From: an uncultured Pseudomonadota bacterium
Lineage (GTDB): Bacteria > Pseudomonadota > Alphaproteobacteria > Acetobacterales > Acetobacteraceae
DNA: 64,000 bases
NCBI GenBank assembly: GCA_963834715.1
Contig: CAWIDE010000018.1
Span: 74,698 to 138,697, forward strand
Direction of reading: 5' to 3'
Shown piece by piece: positions 9,509-20,072 of this stretch (position 1 is the first letter of the stretch; each line of letters starts with the position of its first letter). A program made the position numbers and the translations under genes. The notes under the pieces were generated by a model. It saw only the letters and a list, made by a program, of their open reading frames with translations, ran no database searches and was not told where the DNA came from.

Positions 9509-11202
9509 GTGCCGGCCCGGGCTATTGACTGTGGCCAGGTGCCGCTCAATCTGCTCGGCACAGGGAAGGAGTCCTCTAGAACCACAATCGATCGGCCTTC
9601 GTTCCCCGCCGAAGCCGCGCCTGTGCGGCCTGAGCCGCGGGGCTTTCAGAGCGTGCTATACCGGCCGGGCGAAGCCGAGCTGGCCGGAATACGCGGGGAG
9701 GTCCCCGAGTATTTTCATGATCTCAATCTCGATCAGATCGTCACGTCCGCAACCGCCGGCATTCAGGAGTATGACTAGCCGGCTTCTTCTACAGTCCCCT
9801 GCCCACGATTGAGGCGATTGCTTACCGTCAGGATGTTATGCGCGACCTGGAGGGCAGCAGGGTCGTCCAGTGCCTTAAGATTTTCGCCGGCGAGATGCGA
9901 CACTGCCGAGAGAAAATGCACCAATCAGCGAAACTGTACTACAGGCTGCAAAAACAACGCTGGTTGCTGCATGCGGTCGAGACCTACTGCGGCGCGGTCC
10001 AGCAGCTCGACGCGGAATTTTCCGAGCTGCCGCTGGCATCCGATGGTCTGCGCGAGTTTCGGGAGTATCTGAGAGGCTATCTTCGTTCTGCGGCTTTCGC
10101 CGAGCTTTGGCGCCGGACCCGAGAGCTGACTAGGCAGCTCAGAGCTGTGCAATATTGCGTGTTGATCAAGGAGAATGGTTTCAGGGTACGGAAGTGCGAA
10201 GCGGAAAGCGACTACAGCGCGGAGGTGGCGGCGACGTTCCGGAAATTCCAGCAGGGAGTTGTAAAAGATTACAGCGTAAGCTTCATCGAGACCAAGGACA
10301 CGAACCACGTCGAAGCCAAGATACTGGAATTCGTCTCTGTGCTCTGTCCCGAGATCTTTCAGGACCTGGACGATTTCTGCGGGCGGCATGCGGAGTATGT
10401 CGACAGCATCATCGGCAGATTCGACCGCGAGATACAGTTTTATATTTCCTATCTTGACTATGTCGCTCCTCTGCGAAGCGCGGGGCTGCGGTTCTGCTAT
10501 CCGGAGTTTTCGGTCTCAGAGAAGGAGGTCCTTGAGGAGGACGGCTTTGATCTTGCGCTGGCAGCGAAGCTGGTTGCCGAAAAGAGGCGTGTGGTGTGCA
10601 ATGAGTTTCATCTGAACAGGCCCGAACGCATTTTCATCGTGTCCGGCCCAAACCAGGGCGGCAAAACAACCTTCGCCCGCACGTTTGGCCAATTGCACCA
10701 TCTCGCCCGATTTGGGTTTCCCGTTCCAGGCAGTAGGGCAAAGCTTTTCCTGTGCGACTCGATCTATGTGCATTTCGAACGGCCCGAGAACCTCAAGGAC
10801 ATGCACGGCAAGCTGCAGGACGATCTGCTCCGAATCCGCAGGATTCTGCAGAAGGCAACGTCGCGCAGCATTATCATCATGAATGAGATATTCACCTCGA
10901 CCACGCTTAAGGATGCGAGCTTCCTGTCTCGCAGGATGCTGGATCGCATCGTGGCGCAGGATTGCCTGTGCGTATGCGTGACGTTCCTTCAGGAACTTTC
11001 GCGGCTCAACGAGAAAACCGTCAGCATGGTGAGCACTATCGTTCCCGAGAATCCCGCGGAACGAACCTACAAGGTGATCCGCCGGCCGGCTGACGGACGA
11101 GCCTACGCCGTGTCGGTTGCCGAGAAATATGAATATGGATTGACGCACGACCGGCTGAAAGCCCGCATCCGCGGCGGAGCAAGAAAGGGCCGCCAACAAT
11201 GA
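9509..11202 (+). pseudogene. MutS-related ATPase (MutS domain V only, no mismatch-binding domain), frameshifted
   Basis: ORF 9509..9778 ends ...EVPEYFHDLNLDQIVTSATAGIQEYD*. The +1 frame continues LAGFFYSPLPTIEAIAYRQDVMRDLE into ORF 9838..11202. That ORF carries Walker A GPNQGGKTTF and the MutS signature ...IIIMNEIFTSTT. One base is missing at about 9773-9778. Confidence 0.7.
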
Positions 11203-11810
11203 AGGCTCATTTGATGTACCGCGACTGGGATTTTAATCCGCGACAAGCGCCGCCGCCGCAGCACGAGGCCGTGGTGCAGGACGACGAATATTTCGCAACC
11301 ATCCAGTATCACCTCAAGCAGCTCCGGTTCCAGCATGGCGTGCTGATCAGCGCAGAACTCGGTGAGGGCAACAAGGGGATCAACTATGTTTTGCGTAAGC
11401 CAAACCCGCGGGACGGATCCTGGCTAGATCGGCTATTTATGCCGGGCCCGCCATCCTATTCCTACCGGCTGCCGGAGCGCGACGAAGCCGGGACCCGAGC
11501 CTCGTCATTCCCAAATCCCACTATCCGACGATTTTCGACATCCCTCCTCATACTCTATACTCTCACCTCGATATCGTCGCTGGTGGCGCGGGTAGCACGC
11601 GCCGTTCAGCATGCGCTGCAGCCACCCGGCCTGAGCCTGGTCCAGGCCAATGGCCCGGCGGCGAATCAGACTGTGCCGCACCTGCATATCCATGTGCTGC
11701 CGCGCCGGAGCGATGATGGCCTGCTGCTCAACTGGTCCCGTACGGCCGAGGGCGATCCGGCCGGGATCGCTGAGATTGCCGAGCAGATCAGGCGCCATCT
11801 GCGCCCATAA
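11199..11810 (+). pseudogene. composite remnant: fragments of a second MutS-related gene fused to the 3' half of a HIT-family hydrolase
   Basis: The N-terminus MKAHLMYRDWDFN... resembles, from memory, the start of partner MutS-related proteins. From 11501 another frame reads LVIPKSHYPTIFDIPP. After about 11575-11590 the ORF frame reads ...VARAVQHALQPPGLSLVQANGPAANQTVPHLHIHVLPR, with the histidine triad at 11679-11693. Confidence 0.5.
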
Positions 11811-11897
11811 GGGCTGGGTTGGACAGTGGCGGGATTAGGCAAGCCCTCCATAACGTTCATCCGCAGGCCGACGCGGAACCCGTCAACCTGATGTCTC

Positions 11898-13172
11898 TCA
11901 CGTAACCAGAATTGCCCGCACATCGTTGACGTTGGTCAGCGTCGGGCCGGTTCGGATCAGGTCACCGAGGCCGGCGAACAGCGTGTAACTATCGTGGGCG
12001 GAGAGGACGGCGCGGGGGTTGAGGCCGGCGGCGCGGGCACGGGTGAGCGTGTCAGGGGTGATGATGGCGCCGGCGGCATCCTCGGTGCCGTCGATGCCGT
12101 CGGTGTCGCCGGCGACGGCGTAGATGCCCGGAGCTTCGGCGAGGGCGACGGCGAGCGCGAGCAGGAACTCGGTGTTGCGGCCGCCGCGTCCGGCTGGGCC
12201 GCGGCCGATGCTGACAGTGGTTTCTCCGCCGGAAAGGAGCAGCGCTGGGACTGGGGCCGGGTGGCCGTGCGTCTGCACGCAGCGCGCGATACCGGCCATA
12301 AGGGTGCCGGTCTCGCGGGCCTCGCCTTCCAGGGCGTCGCCGAGGATCAGCGGCGCGACGCCCTGGGCGCGGGCGGCCTGGGCGGCACGGAAGAGGGCCA
12401 TCATGGGGGTGGCGATAAGCCGGAACTCGGTGTTGGGGAGGCTGCCTGGTTTGGGGGTTTCGTCCTCGGCCCGTTGCAAGTGGGCGGTAACGTAGGGAGG
12501 TGGTTCGATGCCGTAGCGGGCGAGGATTTCGCGTGCGTCAGCAAAGGTCGTGGGATCTGGGACGGTGGGGCCGGAAGCGATGACGGCGGGGTCGTCGCCG
12601 GGGACATCGCTGATTGCGAGCGTGACAACCCGGGCAGGCGCGGCTGCGGCCGCGAGGCGACCACCCTTAAAGGCGGAGAGGTGCTTACGGACGCAGTTCA
12701 TCTCCGTGATGGTGGCACCGGAGTGGAGCAGGGCGCGGTTGATTTCCTGTTTGTCCGCGAGGGTGAGGCCAGGAGCGGGAAGGGCGCAGAGCGCGGAGCC
12801 GCCGCCGGAGATCAGGGCGATGACGAGGTCCGTGGGGCTGAGGTTTTGGACCCGATCGAGCAGGCGGCGGGCACCTTGTTCGCTGTTGGCGTCGGGGACG
12901 GGGTGGGAGGCTTCGATGACCTCGATGCGGTTTGTAGGGACGGCGTGACCGTAGCGGGTGACGACGGTGCCGGAGAGGGGGACGTCGGGCCAGGCGTCCT
13001 CCAGCGCCGCGGCCATGACGGCGGCGGACTTGCCGGTACCGACGACAATGCAGCGGCCGGCCGGCTTGGGTGGCAGGTGTGGGGCGAGGACGGCCCTGGG
13101 ATTCGCGGCCTCGATCGCGGCGTCGAACAGGGAGCGGAGGAACTGGCGGGCTTGCGGATCGGTCCAGGGCAT
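11898..13172 (-). CDS. glycerate kinase / hydroxypyruvate reductase family (DUF4147 + MOFRL domains)
   Basis: ORF track, 424 aa: ...VVGTGKSAAVMAAALE...LISGGGSAL...GGETTV...GRGGRNTEFLLA...AGDTDGIDG. Confidence 0.85.
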   Translation of the reverse strand: MPWTDPQARQFLRSLFDAAIEAANPRAVLAPHLPPKPAGRCIVVGTGKSAAVMAAALEDAWPDVPLSGTVVTRYGHAVPTNRIEVIEASHPVPDANSEQGARRLLDRVQNLSPTDLVIALISGGGSALCALPAPGLTLADKQEINRALLHSGATITEMNCVRKHLSAFKGGRLAAAAAPARVVTLAISDVPGDDPAVIASGPTVPDPTTFADAREILARYGIEPPPYVTAHLQRAEDETPKPGSLPNTEFRLIATPMMALFRAAQAARAQGVAPLILGDALEGEARETGTLMAGIARCVQTHGHPAPVPALLLSGGETTVSIGRGPAGRGGRNTEFLLALAVALAEAPGIYAVAGDTDGIDGTEDAAGAIITPDTLTRARAAGLNPRAVLSAHDSYTLFAGLGDLIRTGPTLTNVNDVRAILVT

Positions 13173-13204
13173 GAGGGGAGTATGACGGAGGGTGGGCGGG
13201 CGCG

Positions 13205-13843
13205 CTATGCGGGTTCAGCGAAGCCGGCAGTTTCGACGTCTGCCGCCTTGTAACGCAGATGGGTCTTCAGGATCATTGCAAGCATCGGCCCATCGCGACG
13301 GCGGAGTGCATTTAACATCGCTTCATGCTCGAGCATGGCGGTGCGCCAATGGTCGTCCGTCATGGGGGCGACATAGCGGGCCCGTCGGATGCGGGTATCG
13401 ATCCCTTCATAGAGACTAATCAGCACCGGGTTGTCCGATGCGCGCACGATCGCTTGGTGGATCAGTCTGTTGCATGTGTAATAGCTTTCGAGGTCGCCGC
13501 GCTCGAAGAAGGCCACCATCGTGCCATGTTGTTCGGCGATCCTTCTCACCTGCTCTTCAGTGATGTGCAGGCAGGCAAGTTCTCCGGCGGCTGCTTCGAG
13601 CGCGGCGGCCGCCTCGAACAGATCCCGCGTGTCCTTGCTTGTCAGCTTTGCGGCGCGTGCTCCCCGGTTGGGGAGTAGGACGACATGGCCTTCGGCGGCC
13701 AGGACTTTCAAGGCTTCGCGCAACGGCGTCCGTGAGATACCAAGCATGGCGCAGACTGCGTGCTCCGGGATGCGCTCGCCAGGGACGATCCGTCCTTCGA
13801 TCAGCAATTCACGCAGGCGCACAACCGTTTCGTCATAGAGCAT
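13205..13843 (-). CDS. GntR-family transcriptional regulator (FadR/FCD type)
   Basis: Internal start MLYDETVVRLRELLIEGRIVPGERIPEHAVCAMLGISRTPLREALKVLAAEGHVV (ATG is the complement of 13841-13843). The longer ORF-track extension to 14170 overlaps the divergent gene. Confidence 0.8.
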   Translation of the reverse strand: MLYDETVVRLRELLIEGRIVPGERIPEHAVCAMLGISRTPLREALKVLAAEGHVVLLPNRGARAAKLTSKDTRDLFEAAAALEAAAGELACLHITEEQVRRIAEQHGTMVAFFERGDLESYYTCNRLIHQAIVRASDNPVLISLYEGIDTRIRRARYVAPMTDDHWRTAMLEHEAMLNALRRRDGPMLAMILKTHLRYKAADVETAGFAEPA

Positions 13844-13949
13844 ATCGGCAGTCTGCCAGATTGCATGCAAAATTGCTAATGGGGCAGAGGCATGGGTTGA
13901 CTCACGCGACAAACTCCCATGTATTGCATGCAATCTCAGGGGAGACGCC

Positions 13950-15198
13950 ATGAACGTACCAAACGCCAACGCCGACGGCCCTCTTGTCGGGCTGAAGGTC
14001 ATCGACCTGTCGCACGTCATGGCCGGCCCGCTGTGCGGCATGATGCTGGCCGATATGGGCGCTGACGTAATTAAAGTCGAGAAAGTCCCTGGCGGCGACG
14101 ATACGAGGCGCTCGGTGCCTCCGGAGATCGCCGGCGAATCCGCGGCGTTCCTGATGATGAACCGGAACAAACGGGGGATCGCTCTCGATCTGAAAACGAA
14201 AACCGGTCGCGAGGCGCTGCTGCGTCTGCTCGATGGCGCGGATGTGCTGATCGAGAACTATCGCAACGGCGCGCTCGATCGGATGGGTCTTGGGTTCGAA
14301 GCGCTGCATGCGCGCAATCCACGGCTGATCTATTGCAGCATCTCGGGCTTCGGCCGGACGGGCCCGTACCGTTGACCGCGGCGGTTTCGATCTGATCGCC
14401 CAAGGGATGAGCGGGGTGGTGAGCGTCACCGGCGAGGGGCCGGATCGTCCGCCGGTAAAGGTGGGCCCGCCGGTCACCGACATCAGCGCCGGTATTCTGG
14501 CCGCGATGGGTATCCTTGGCGCGCTCTATTATCGGCAGGCAACCGGTCAGGGCCAGATGGTTGATACGTCGCTGCTGGAAGCTGGGATCACGCACCTCTA
14601 CTGGCATGCGGCGATCTATTTCGCCACCGGACAGTCGCCCGGGCCGCTTGGGTCCGGTCATCCGTTGATGGCGCCGTATCAGGCGTTCCGGACCGCCGAT
14701 GCGCCGATCACGGTTGGCGCAGCGAACGAGAATAACTGGCAGCGTCTGCTCGGAGTTTTGGATGCGCCGCATCTCGCCGGCGATCCGTGGTATGCGACCA
14801 ATGCCGGCCGGATGGCGCATTTACCTGAACTGGGCCGCGAGCTTGAAACGATCTTTACGCGTCGTTCTGCCGCGGAGTGGTTGGCTGCGCTGGAGGAAGC
14901 GGGGGTGCCTGCGGGACCGGTGCTCACGGTGCAGCAGGTGACGGAGCATGAGCAGGTACGGGCACGGCAGATGGTTGTGGAGACCGAACACCCGATTGCG
15001 GGCGCGACAAAGGCGCTCGGACTGCCGGTGAAGTTTTCGGTAACACCCGGGGCGGTGCGTCGCGCCGCTCCGCTGTATGGGGAACACACGGAGGAAGTGC
15101 TGCGGGAAGCCGGGTTTTCGCAGGGTGAGATCGGGCGAATGCTCGCTTCGGGAGCGGCGCGGGGTGTTGAAAGAGCGCAGCGGGTGGCGGCGGAATGA
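13950..15198 (+). pseudogene. family III CoA-transferase (CaiB/BaiF), frameshifted
   Basis: ORF 13950..14375 ends ...SGFGRTGPYR*. The next frame reads DRGGFDLIAQGMSGVVSVTGE... and continues as ORF 14407..15198. There is an extra T at 14372-14373. Confidence 0.8.
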
Positions 15199-15205
15199 GG
15201 TACTG

Positions 15206-15975
15206 ATGATCTGCTGTACGAAGTTCGTGGGGAGATCGGCTACATTACCTTCAACAGACCGGCGGCGCGGAACGCGCTGACGTTTGCGATGTATGAGCGC
15301 CTGGCCGAGATCTGTGCGTCTGCTGGCGCCACGGATACCCTGCGCGCGCTGGTGTTGTGTGGCGCGGGGGATAAGGCGTTCGCTGCCGGGACGGATATAA
15401 ACCAGTTCCGTGCCTTCAGTTCCGCCGAAGACGCCATTGCCTATGAGCGGCGGATCGACAAGGTGCTCACGGCGATCGAGGACTGCCCAGTGCCGACGAT
15501 TGCTGCGATCTGCGGTGCCTGCACTGGCGGCGGGGCGGCCATTGCAGCTGTCTGCGATCTTCGGATCGCTACCGCGGATGCGCGGTTCGGGTTTCCGATT
15601 GCCCGCACCCTTGGCAACTGTCTGTCGCCGGAAAACTACGCGCGGCTGACAGCCTTGATCGGCCCTGCGCGCGTGAAGGAGCTGATTTTCACGGCCGGGC
15701 TGATGAGCGCCGAGGAGATGCTGCGCGTTGGGCTTTGTACGGAGGTCCTGCCGGATCGGGACGCTCTCGTTGCTCGCGCGGTACAACTTGCAGCTACAGT
15801 GGCGGGCCATGCGCCGTTGACGCTTCGCGTGACGAAGGAGGCACTTTCCCGGCTTGCACGGCTGTGGCGGATCGAGGCGGAGGACCTCATTCTCAGGTGT
15901 TACCTCAGCGCCGACTTCCGTGAAGGCATGGACGCGTTCCTAAGCAAGCGACAGCCGAACTGGTCCGGGAGATGA
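15206..15975 (+). CDS. enoyl-CoA hydratase/isomerase (crotonase) family; start region disturbed
   Basis: The crotonase N-terminus DDLLYEVRGEIGYITFNRPAARNALTFAM lies in frame upstream of the first in-frame ATG (15289). The only SD-preceded ATG (15206, GAGG 6 nt upstream) is one base out of frame. The remainder is intact (...GAGDKAFAAGTDI...ACTGGGAAIAAVCDLRIA). Confidence 0.75.
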
Positions 15976-16093
15976 CACAGCCGGCGCTTCAAGGCTGATC
16001 CACATAGAAATTGATGAGTTAATTGGCTGCCGCCCGCAGGCGGCAGGAAGGGACGAGTAATCCATAAAAGCAGCACATTTCGTTCTGAACAAG

Positions 16094-17053
16094 ATGATGC
16101 CGTTCTGGCTAATCGTCCTGTCACTGCTCGCTTATACGGCACCAAGTGTCTTCAGGCACCTGGCGCCGTTCGCGATCTACTGCCTGGGCGGCGTTATTCT
16201 GATTATGAGCCTGACGCTCAACGTGAGTTCGGTTACTCAGGTCTTCATCCGGCCCAAGGCATTGATAGCCGGCTTCGTAATCAAATGGATAACAGTCCCG
16301 CTTGCGGCGGTGCTGGCGGCGCACATCGTTTACGCCCATCAGCCGCAGCTTGCTGCGGGCACGATCCTCGACGGCTCCGTTCCCGCGGGCGTGTCATCCA
16401 ACCTGTTCACCTTCCTCAGCCATGGCGCGGTAGCGCTAGCGGTCAGTCTGACCTTTATTCATACCCTGCTGTCGCCGGTGTTGACCCCTGCCTTCACGAC
16501 CGCCTTTGCCCACAAATACGTCCACGTCAGCTTCCTCGCGCTGTTTCACCAGATGTTGGTGATGGTGCTGCTGCCGTTGGTGCTGGGGATTGCGATCCGG
16601 TACGCCCTTGGAGCTGCTCGCATTCATGCGATACGGCCTGCCCTGCCGATGGCCTCTGCCGTGCTGCTGTATATCGTTCCTCTGGGCCTGGTTGCCGCGG
16701 CAGCTCCTGCTATCGCGAAGAATCTCGATTGGGTGCCGGTGATCGGCGTGACCACCACCGTGTTGTGCATCATCAATCTGGCGGTTGCTTATGTGCTGGC
16801 GAAGGCAATTCGATTCGAGGAAGCGACGGCGCGCGCGATCATGTTTGATGTCGGCGTCTACAACTCGGGGCTCGGTGCGGTTCTCGCGAGCATCAATTTT
16901 GGTCCATTCGCAGCCCTGCCGGCGCTGATGAACTCGGTCCTCAATATGATCGTCGGCTCAATTCTTGCCAGTTGGTTGCATGGCAGGCCGGTGGCGCAAG
17001 CTGAGGGAAGAGTGGTGATGGCCCCGGGTGCGGCTGCAGTGCGCCAGACGTGA
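16094..17053 (+). CDS. bile acid:sodium symporter (BASS/SBF) family transporter
   Basis: ORF track, 319 aa, polytopic: ...LIMSLTLNVSS...AAGTILDGSVPAGVSSNLFTFLSHG... Confidence 0.75.
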   Translation: MMPFWLIVLSLLAYTAPSVFRHLAPFAIYCLGGVILIMSLTLNVSSVTQVFIRPKALIAGFVIKWITVPLAAVLAAHIVYAHQPQLAAGTILDGSVPAGVSSNLFTFLSHGAVALAVSLTFIHTLLSPVLTPAFTTAFAHKYVHVSFLALFHQMLVMVLLPLVLGIAIRYALGAARIHAIRPALPMASAVLLYIVPLGLVAAAAPAIAKNLDWVPVIGVTTTVLCIINLAVAYVLAKAIRFEEATARAIMFDVGVYNSGLGAVLASINFGPFAALPALMNSVLNMIVGSILASWLHGRPVAQAEGRVVMAPGAAAVRQT

Positions 17054-17218
17054 GTGGGATCGGTCCGTTCACGCCGGTGTGTATCCGCAGGGACTGGGGA
17101 AGGGCAAGGACGGCCGCGGGTGGGGGTGGGCTACCCCCACCTTGACAGCACCAGCGCCACGACGATGCTGCGCGCCATAGGCAAACAATGGCCGCCAGCC
17201 CACGGGAGCGAAACGGAA

Positions 17219-18994
17219 ATGTCCAGCGAAATGCACGATGACCCCACGCACTTCAGCGCCAGCCGCCGCGACCTTATCAAGGGCGGCCTTGCAGTTGCGA
17301 CCGCCGCGATGCTCCCGGCGGGCCTCGCCGACGCACAGACCGAGGCCGCGATTCCCCGTGAGAAGACCCTAATTCTGATTGGCATCAACAGCCGCGATGG
17401 CCGCTGGGTGGATCACGAGCTGTGGAACCCGTACGCCATCGGCGCCAACCACCAGAACGGCCCCAACCTGATCTACGAGCCGCTGGCTTATTACAGCGCC
17501 TTTGCCGACAAATGGTATATGTGGCTCGCCGAGAGCTATAAATTCACTCCCGATTTCAAACAGCTTACCATCAAGACACGCCAGGGCATCAAGTGGAGCG
17601 ACGGAACACCTTTCAGCGCCGAGGATGTCGCCTACACCTTCAACACGCTGCGTGATCTTGGCCCGAAGGCAAAATGGGGCGTCGATGTCAACCAGGCGCT
17701 CGACAAGGCGACGGTGACAGATCCCAACACCGTCGTCCTCGACTTCAAAATCCCGTCGCCGCGGTTCTTCTTCTTTGTCACCTACAAATACGACATCGGG
17801 GTTTACATCGTCCCCAAGCACATCTTCGAAGGGCAGGACTGGACCAGCTTCAAGGCATTCGACCCCGCCAAAGGCTGGCCCGTTACGACCGGCCCTTGGA
17901 AAGTCACCGCCTCCTCGCTGCAGCAGAAAATCTTTGATCGCCGCGATTCCTGGTGGGCTGCCGAGCAGAAGCTCGCCCCCATGCCGCAGGTGTTGCGCAA
18001 CATCTGGCTGCCCCAGGTGGGAGAGCAGGAAACCGCCCAGGCGCAGATTACTAACGCTGTGGATTTCGGCGGACCGTTGGAGCCCGCAACTTTCCCCACT
18101 GTGCTCCGCCAGAACCCGAAGGTTACCACCTACACCGGGCGCAAGCCCCCTTACGGCTACGTCGATTGGTGGCCGATCTCGCTCTACGTCAACAACGATG
18201 TTCCGCCCTTCAACGACAAGGACGTGCGCTGGGCGCTGAGTTACTACACTAACCGGCAGCAGATCATTAACGTCGGCTATCTGGGCGCCGAGACCATCTC
18301 TACCCTGCCGATGCCGCCCTATAAGCCGCTGTTGCCTTACTTCGACGCGGTCAAGGATCTACTGAAAAAATATAACACGATCGAGTTCAACCCGAAGAAA
18401 GGCAATGCCCTGCTCGAAGCCAAAGGTTTCAAGAAGAAAGGCGGCAAGTGGGAGATGCCGGACGGCAAGCCATTCACTCTGGCGGTTATCGGCTTCGGGG
18501 GAGCCCTTGCGTCCATAGGGCCGGTCCTCTCCACTGAGCTCAAGCGTCAGGGCATCGATACCTCAATCGCCATGCCGCCCGACTTCGATAATCGCTTCCA
18601 AAAGGGCGACTATGTCGGGGCCATTTATGGCCACGGTGGCTCCATCCGGGAGCCTTACGACACGCTTCGGCTCTACCAAGGGAAGAGCATCGCTGTCCCC
18701 GGCGCCCATCTGGTCAACTTCGCCCGCTGGAAAAACGCCGATTATGATAAAATCGTGGACGAGGTTTACATCACTGACCCCGACAACGTGAAGAGACTCC
18801 AGGAACTCTTCCGTGCTGCCATGGAAATCTGGCTGCCCAATCTACCCGATGTCCAACTGGTCCAGAACTACCACCGACTGCCGTTCAACGAAACTCGGTG
18901 GAAGAACTACCCGACTGAAACCAACGCCTACATCAATGGCGCTTCCTGGCACCTTACCTTCCCGCTGGTGCTGTGGAATGTCCAGCAATCCTGA
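17219..18994 (+). CDS. ABC transporter substrate-binding protein, family 5 (peptide/nickel type)
   Basis: Start MSSEMHDDPTHFSASRRDLIKGGLAVATAAMLPAGLADA (Tat signal) with GGGAG SD. About 590 aa, typical SBP5 length. First gene of a five-gene importer operon. Confidence 0.85.
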   Translation: MSSEMHDDPTHFSASRRDLIKGGLAVATAAMLPAGLADAQTEAAIPREKTLILIGINSRDGRWVDHELWNPYAIGANHQNGPNLIYEPLAYYSAFADKWYMWLAESYKFTPDFKQLTIKTRQGIKWSDGTPFSAEDVAYTFNTLRDLGPKAKWGVDVNQALDKATVTDPNTVVLDFKIPSPRFFFFVTYKYDIGVYIVPKHIFEGQDWTSFKAFDPAKGWPVTTGPWKVTASSLQQKIFDRRDSWWAAEQKLAPMPQVLRNIWLPQVGEQETAQAQITNAVDFGGPLEPATFPTVLRQNPKVTTYTGRKPPYGYVDWWPISLYVNNDVPPFNDKDVRWALSYYTNRQQIINVGYLGAETISTLPMPPYKPLLPYFDAVKDLLKKYNTIEFNPKKGNALLEAKGFKKKGGKWEMPDGKPFTLAVIGFGGALASIGPVLSTELKRQGIDTSIAMPPDFDNRFQKGDYVGAIYGHGGSIREPYDTLRLYQGKSIAVPGAHLVNFARWKNADYDKIVDEVYITDPDNVKRLQELFRAAMEIWLPNLPDVQLVQNYHRLPFNETRWKNYPTETNAYINGASWHLTFPLVLWNVQQS

Positions 18995-19066
18995 CCCCCG
19001 TCGTTGCGAGGGGCGGGGGCGCACCTGCGCTCCCGCGCCTTCGTGGTGAGGAAACATTAGAAACCC

Positions 19067-20072
19067 ATGCAAGCGCTCTACCTTATCAAACGTTTCATCG
19101 TCTTCCTTATTATCGTCTGGCTCGCCGCCACGCTGAACTTCTTCCTTCCGAAACTTTCCGGCCAGGATCCGGTCCGCACCAAGCTCCTGGAACAGGCCGC
19201 CATCGGCGGGTATGTGCAGGGTGGGATCGAGGACATGGTGAAGCAGGTACGACGCCAAGTTCGGCCTCGATAAGCCGCTCTGGCGTCAGTACCTTACCTA
19301 TCTCGCCCAGACCTCGCATGGCAACTTCAATTATTCCATCGCCAACTACCCGCGTACGGTCGCCGGCCTGATTGCCGAGGCCGCCCCCTGGACCATCTGC
19401 CTTCTCGGCCTCACGACGATCTTCTCCTTCGCCCTCGGAACACTGCTTGGGGCGATCCTCGCCTGGCCCGGAGCACCACGATGGCTGCAATGGGTCATGC
19501 CCCCCTTATGGGCGCTTCATGCGATCCCCTTCTTTCTGCTCGGCCTGGTGCTGATGTGGTTCTTTGCCTTCAAGTTGCAGTTGCTGCCGATTTTCGGCGG
19601 CTACTCCGCCGGTGCGACTCCTGCCTGGAACCTGCACTTCTTGCTCGACGTCCTGCGCCATGCCGTTCTTCCGGCGCTTTCCATCGTCCTCGTCAGCATC
19701 GGCGGCTGGGCACTTCCCATGCGCGGCATGATGGTGACCACCATGGGTGAGGACTACGTCACCTTTGCCGAGGCCAAGGGCCTGCGCCCTCGCACTATTT
19801 TCACCCGCTACTGCGTCCGCAATGCCATCCTGCCGCAGGCCACGGGCCTTGCTCTGGCTCTCGGAGGGATTCTCTCAGGCGCCGTGCTGGTGGAGGCGAT
19901 TTTCGGCTATCCGGGCATCGGCGCTCTGCTGTTCCAGGCCATCGAGGAGAACGACTTTTTCCTGATCCAGGGCATCGTTTTCACGGTCATCGTGGCCCTT
20001 GGCTTCGCCACCTTCCTGCTCGACATCTTCTATCCTCTGCTCGATCCCCGCATCTCCTACCACCGCACATGA
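19067..20072 (+). pseudogene. ABC transporter permease (DppB/OppB-like), frameshifted
   Basis: ORF 19067..19273 reads MQALYLIKRFIVFLIIVWLAATLNFFLPKLSG...EDMVKQ. The protein continues in another frame as YDAKFGLDKPLWRQYLTYLAQTSHGNFNYSIANYPRTV... and runs without a stop into ORF 19497..20072. There is an extra G at 19246-19247. Confidence 0.8.

Noticed and set aside
15196-15198. TGA read-through or selenocysteine fusing the CoA-transferase to the crotonase
   Set aside because: No SECIS-like hairpin is evident. An SD plus an ATG one base out of frame makes a simple one-base deletion the more economical explanation.
16027-16046. GC-rich hairpin CTGCCGCC-cgca-GGCGGCAG downstream of the crotonase gene, considered as an intrinsic terminator
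   Set aside because: No U-tract follows, so it cannot be called a terminator from sequence alone.
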